A DNA stretch of 35,065 nucleotides from a virus. Lineage: Duplodnaviria > Heunggongvirae > Uroviricota > Caudoviricetes. A model generated the notes under the pieces. That model had not been told where the DNA came from and did not search any database. It saw nothing but the letters and a program-made list of their open reading frames with translations. Positions 33,095-35,065 of this stretch are shown here, piece by piece (position 1 is the first letter of the stretch; each line of letters begins with the position of its first letter). The translations under genes and the position numbers were made by a program. The stretch lies in the IMG/VR virus record IMGVR_UViG_2778261624_000006; one strand, 5' to 3'.

Positions 33095-33792
33095 ACCCTT
33101 GCTCCTTTCAGCCCAAACTTAGCTTTGATTTCTGCGATCTTCGCCAGAGCCTGTGCACGATTTAGAGGTCTACCGCCCATGACAGGAAGTTGTTTTACTG
33201 GTTCAGGTATAGCCTCACCACGGTTAATTCGTGCGGTCATACAGGACAGTTCATCGGCAGCCTTGCGCCGTAATTCCGCGTCAGTCAACGCATTGGCCCG
33301 CATGTTCTGATACAGGTTGGTAACCAGCCAGTAGTGCGCGTTTGATTTCCACGGATAAGACTCTGCATCCGGATACAGCCCGCGCTTCCGGCAATACTCG
33401 TAAACCATATCAACCAGCTCGCTGGCGTTTGGCAGCCCGGCGGTAACGGATGCTTCTTCCCGGCACCAGGCGACAAACTGCCCGGGTGATGGCAGGAATG
33501 GTCGATTCTGCCGACGGGCTACGCGCATTCCAGCGTTAACCTGTTCCATTGTGGTGATCCCGTTTTCCCGGAAAGCCAGCACCCACTGGCGGCGGATTTC
33601 GTTCAGTTCATTCTGGTCACGGTTAGCCAGGCTCGCCGGGAAAGTTGCCAGTAACTGGCTGAACACACCATTGATGATCTGCGCTACCTGCTGTACCTGA
33701 GGCTTTTCGTCGTACTGTTCCGGCATGTTGTTGGCGATCCGACGCATCTGCTCACGGTCAAAGTTAGTCATCTGTGCGGCGATGTTTTTCAT
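33091..33792 (-). CDS. P: replication protein P (DnaB helicase loader)
   Basis: 233 aa, lambda P length; follows O with overlapping stop and start. Confidence 0.9.
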   Translation of the reverse strand: MKNIAAQMTNFDREQMRRIANNMPEQYDEKPQVQQVAQIINGVFSQLLATFPASLANRDQNELNEIRRQWVLAFRENGITTMEQVNAGMRVARRQNRPFLPSPGQFVAWCREEASVTAGLPNASELVDMVYEYCRKRGLYPDAESYPWKSNAHYWLVTNLYQNMRANALTDAELRRKAADELSCMTARINRGEAIPEPVKQLPVMGGRPLNRAQALAKIAEIKAKFGLKGARV

Positions 33793-34808
33793 AGATCCAC
33801 CCCGTAAATCCAGTCTGTGTTTGTCAGGTCGAGTTTTGGTTTGCTAGCTGTCACGCCTGCCTGTTGCTTGTTACGGTTGATTTCGAGTTGGGTCCACTTG
33901 TCGCGGAGTTTGGCCGGACTTAGCACGTTACCGGACCAGAAGTTGTCCTGGCATGCCCAGCGGAACAGCACGCACATGTCGCGGTGGTTACGTCCGTCAC
34001 GTTCACGCATCAGGCGGATATCGTTAGCCCACCCTGCAAAATTCGGTTTTCTGGCTGATGGCGCGATGGTCTTCACCATGTCAAACATCCACTCTGCGGC
34101 GGTCAGGTCTTCTGCTGTCCCCCACCTGCTGCCGCTCTGAATTGCAGCATCTGGTTTCTCCACAGGAAGGTCGTTTTCTGGCTGGTCAGAGGATTCGCCA
34201 GAATTCTCGGACGAAAAAGGTTTTATATTGTCTTTTGTTAGTTTGTCTTTTGTGTTTACCTGATTCGGGTAAACGTCTTTACCTGATTTGGGTAAACTTT
34301 TTTTACCTGATTCAGGTAAATTTACCTCTTTCAGGTAAACTTTATTTTTCTTACCTGATTCGGGTAATGTTGACCATTCACTGACCACATTATTAATGCC
34401 GGTATTCCGCCCGCTCTGAATAAGAATCCCACGCTTTACCAGAACACTTTTTGCAGCAGAACATTTGTGCGGCAATATCCCGGTCAATTCGGACAGTTGC
34501 TCGTTGCTCACCCAATCCTGTTTTTTATTAAAGCCATATGTTTTGCGCATGACAGCTAGGAAGACCAGAAGCTGGTGCTGTGTTAATCCGGCCAGCATCA
34601 CAGCTTCCAGCAACTCATTTGCAATGCGCGTATAACCATCATCGAGATCTGCCACGCGCGGCTCCTTTTGTGCCGCATCCGGCACTGGAAAATTGAATAT
34701 CTCAGCAGTGTTTGCCATAATTCCTCCCGCAATGAGTGTGTTACGATTTGCACCTGAAAGTCGGTTCTGTTCCAGCAGACCGGCTTTCGCCATTTCTGAA
34801 CCTGTCAT
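33789..34808 (-). CDS. O: replication initiator O (non-lambda specificity type), contains the origin iterons
   Basis: N-terminal region resembles lambda O; iteron-encoded LPESGK repeats in the middle; the start ATG overlaps the stop of the upstream gene. Confidence 0.85.
   Translation of the reverse strand: MTGSEMAKAGLLEQNRLSGANRNTLIAGGIMANTAEIFNFPVPDAAQKEPRVADLDDGYTRIANELLEAVMLAGLTQHQLLVFLAVMRKTYGFNKKQDWVSNEQLSELTGILPHKCSAAKSVLVKRGILIQSGRNTGINNVVSEWSTLPESGKKNKVYLKEVNLPESGKKSLPKSGKDVYPNQVNTKDKLTKDNIKPFSSENSGESSDQPENDLPVEKPDAAIQSGSRWGTAEDLTAAEWMFDMVKTIAPSARKPNFAGWANDIRLMRERDGRNHRDMCVLFRWACQDNFWSGNVLSPAKLRDKWTQLEINRNKQQAGVTASKPKLDLTNTDWIYGVDL
34205..34370. repeat. replication origin: five ~19-bp iterons (TTACCTGATTCGGGTAAAC type) plus adjacent AT-rich tract, inside O
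   Basis: Direct reading: repeated palindrome-containing units at about 34255, 34278, 34303, 34321 and 34350, with a T-rich tract at about 34210-34250. Confidence 0.8.
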
Positions 34809-35065
34809 ATCGCCCCCAGCATGGTAGTAACCATCGCCATCAATGGACCAGCCAGATCTGGGTCCACACGAAACATCGACACAATACCTTCACTAATTTC
34901 CTTCAGTTTCTGGTGGCGTGGTGCGTTGAGAATGACAGCCTGTTTTGCCTCACTGAGTTCCTTTTCCATTTCAGCCAACCTAGCCATGAAGCTATCCTGC
35001 TCAACCAGGTAACCGCGATATTCCAGCGGTAGTACCGCCAGAATTGCCGGGGTCAGTTCACGCAC
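34805..35065 (-). CDS. partial CDS (5' end beyond window) in the cII position; not lambda cII, possibly YdaT-like
   Basis: ORF runs off the window edge; the C-terminal 86 aa do not resemble lambda CII; motif PAILAVLP recalled from YdaT-family proteins. Confidence 0.45.
   Translation of the reverse strand: MRELTPAILAVLPLEYRGYLVEQDSFMARLAEMEKELSEAKQAVILNAPRHQKLKEISEGIVSMFRVDPDLAGPLMAMVTTMLGAI

Overview
The window is almost entirely one mosaic lambdoid prophage, read right-to-left: nearly all genes are on the minus strand. From high to low coordinates it carries the replication genes (partial cII-position gene, O with internal ori iterons, P, ren), an AT-rich emrE moron, a large serine recombinase, two uncharacterised small genes flanking a ~460 bp non-coding spacer, a DLP12-type nin region (ybcN, ninE, ybcO, rusA), a Q antiterminator, a plus-strand porin gene, a phage-21-type lysis cassette (pinholin S, SAR endolysin, Rz/Rz1), plus-strand bor, an internal cos site, and then a lambda-collinear head and tail block from Nu1 to J, followed by lom, a long side tail fiber and tfa. 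The cos site sits inside the window with genes continuous on both sides, which fits an integrated prophage. The most interesting region is the cargo slot between ybcN and the serine recombinase (about 29170-30608): two proteins I cannot place in any family, one with its own extended -10 promoter, separated by an unusually long non-AT-rich spacer. Other points worth a second look are a J C-terminus that differs from lambda, tandem repeats in the side tail fiber, and a perfect Fur-box-like palindrome beside cos. All homology calls rest on my recall of lambda, phage 21 and DLP12 proteins and on sequence motifs; nothing was searched. Coordinates I derived by hand-counting rather than from the ORF track may be off by 1-2 bp.
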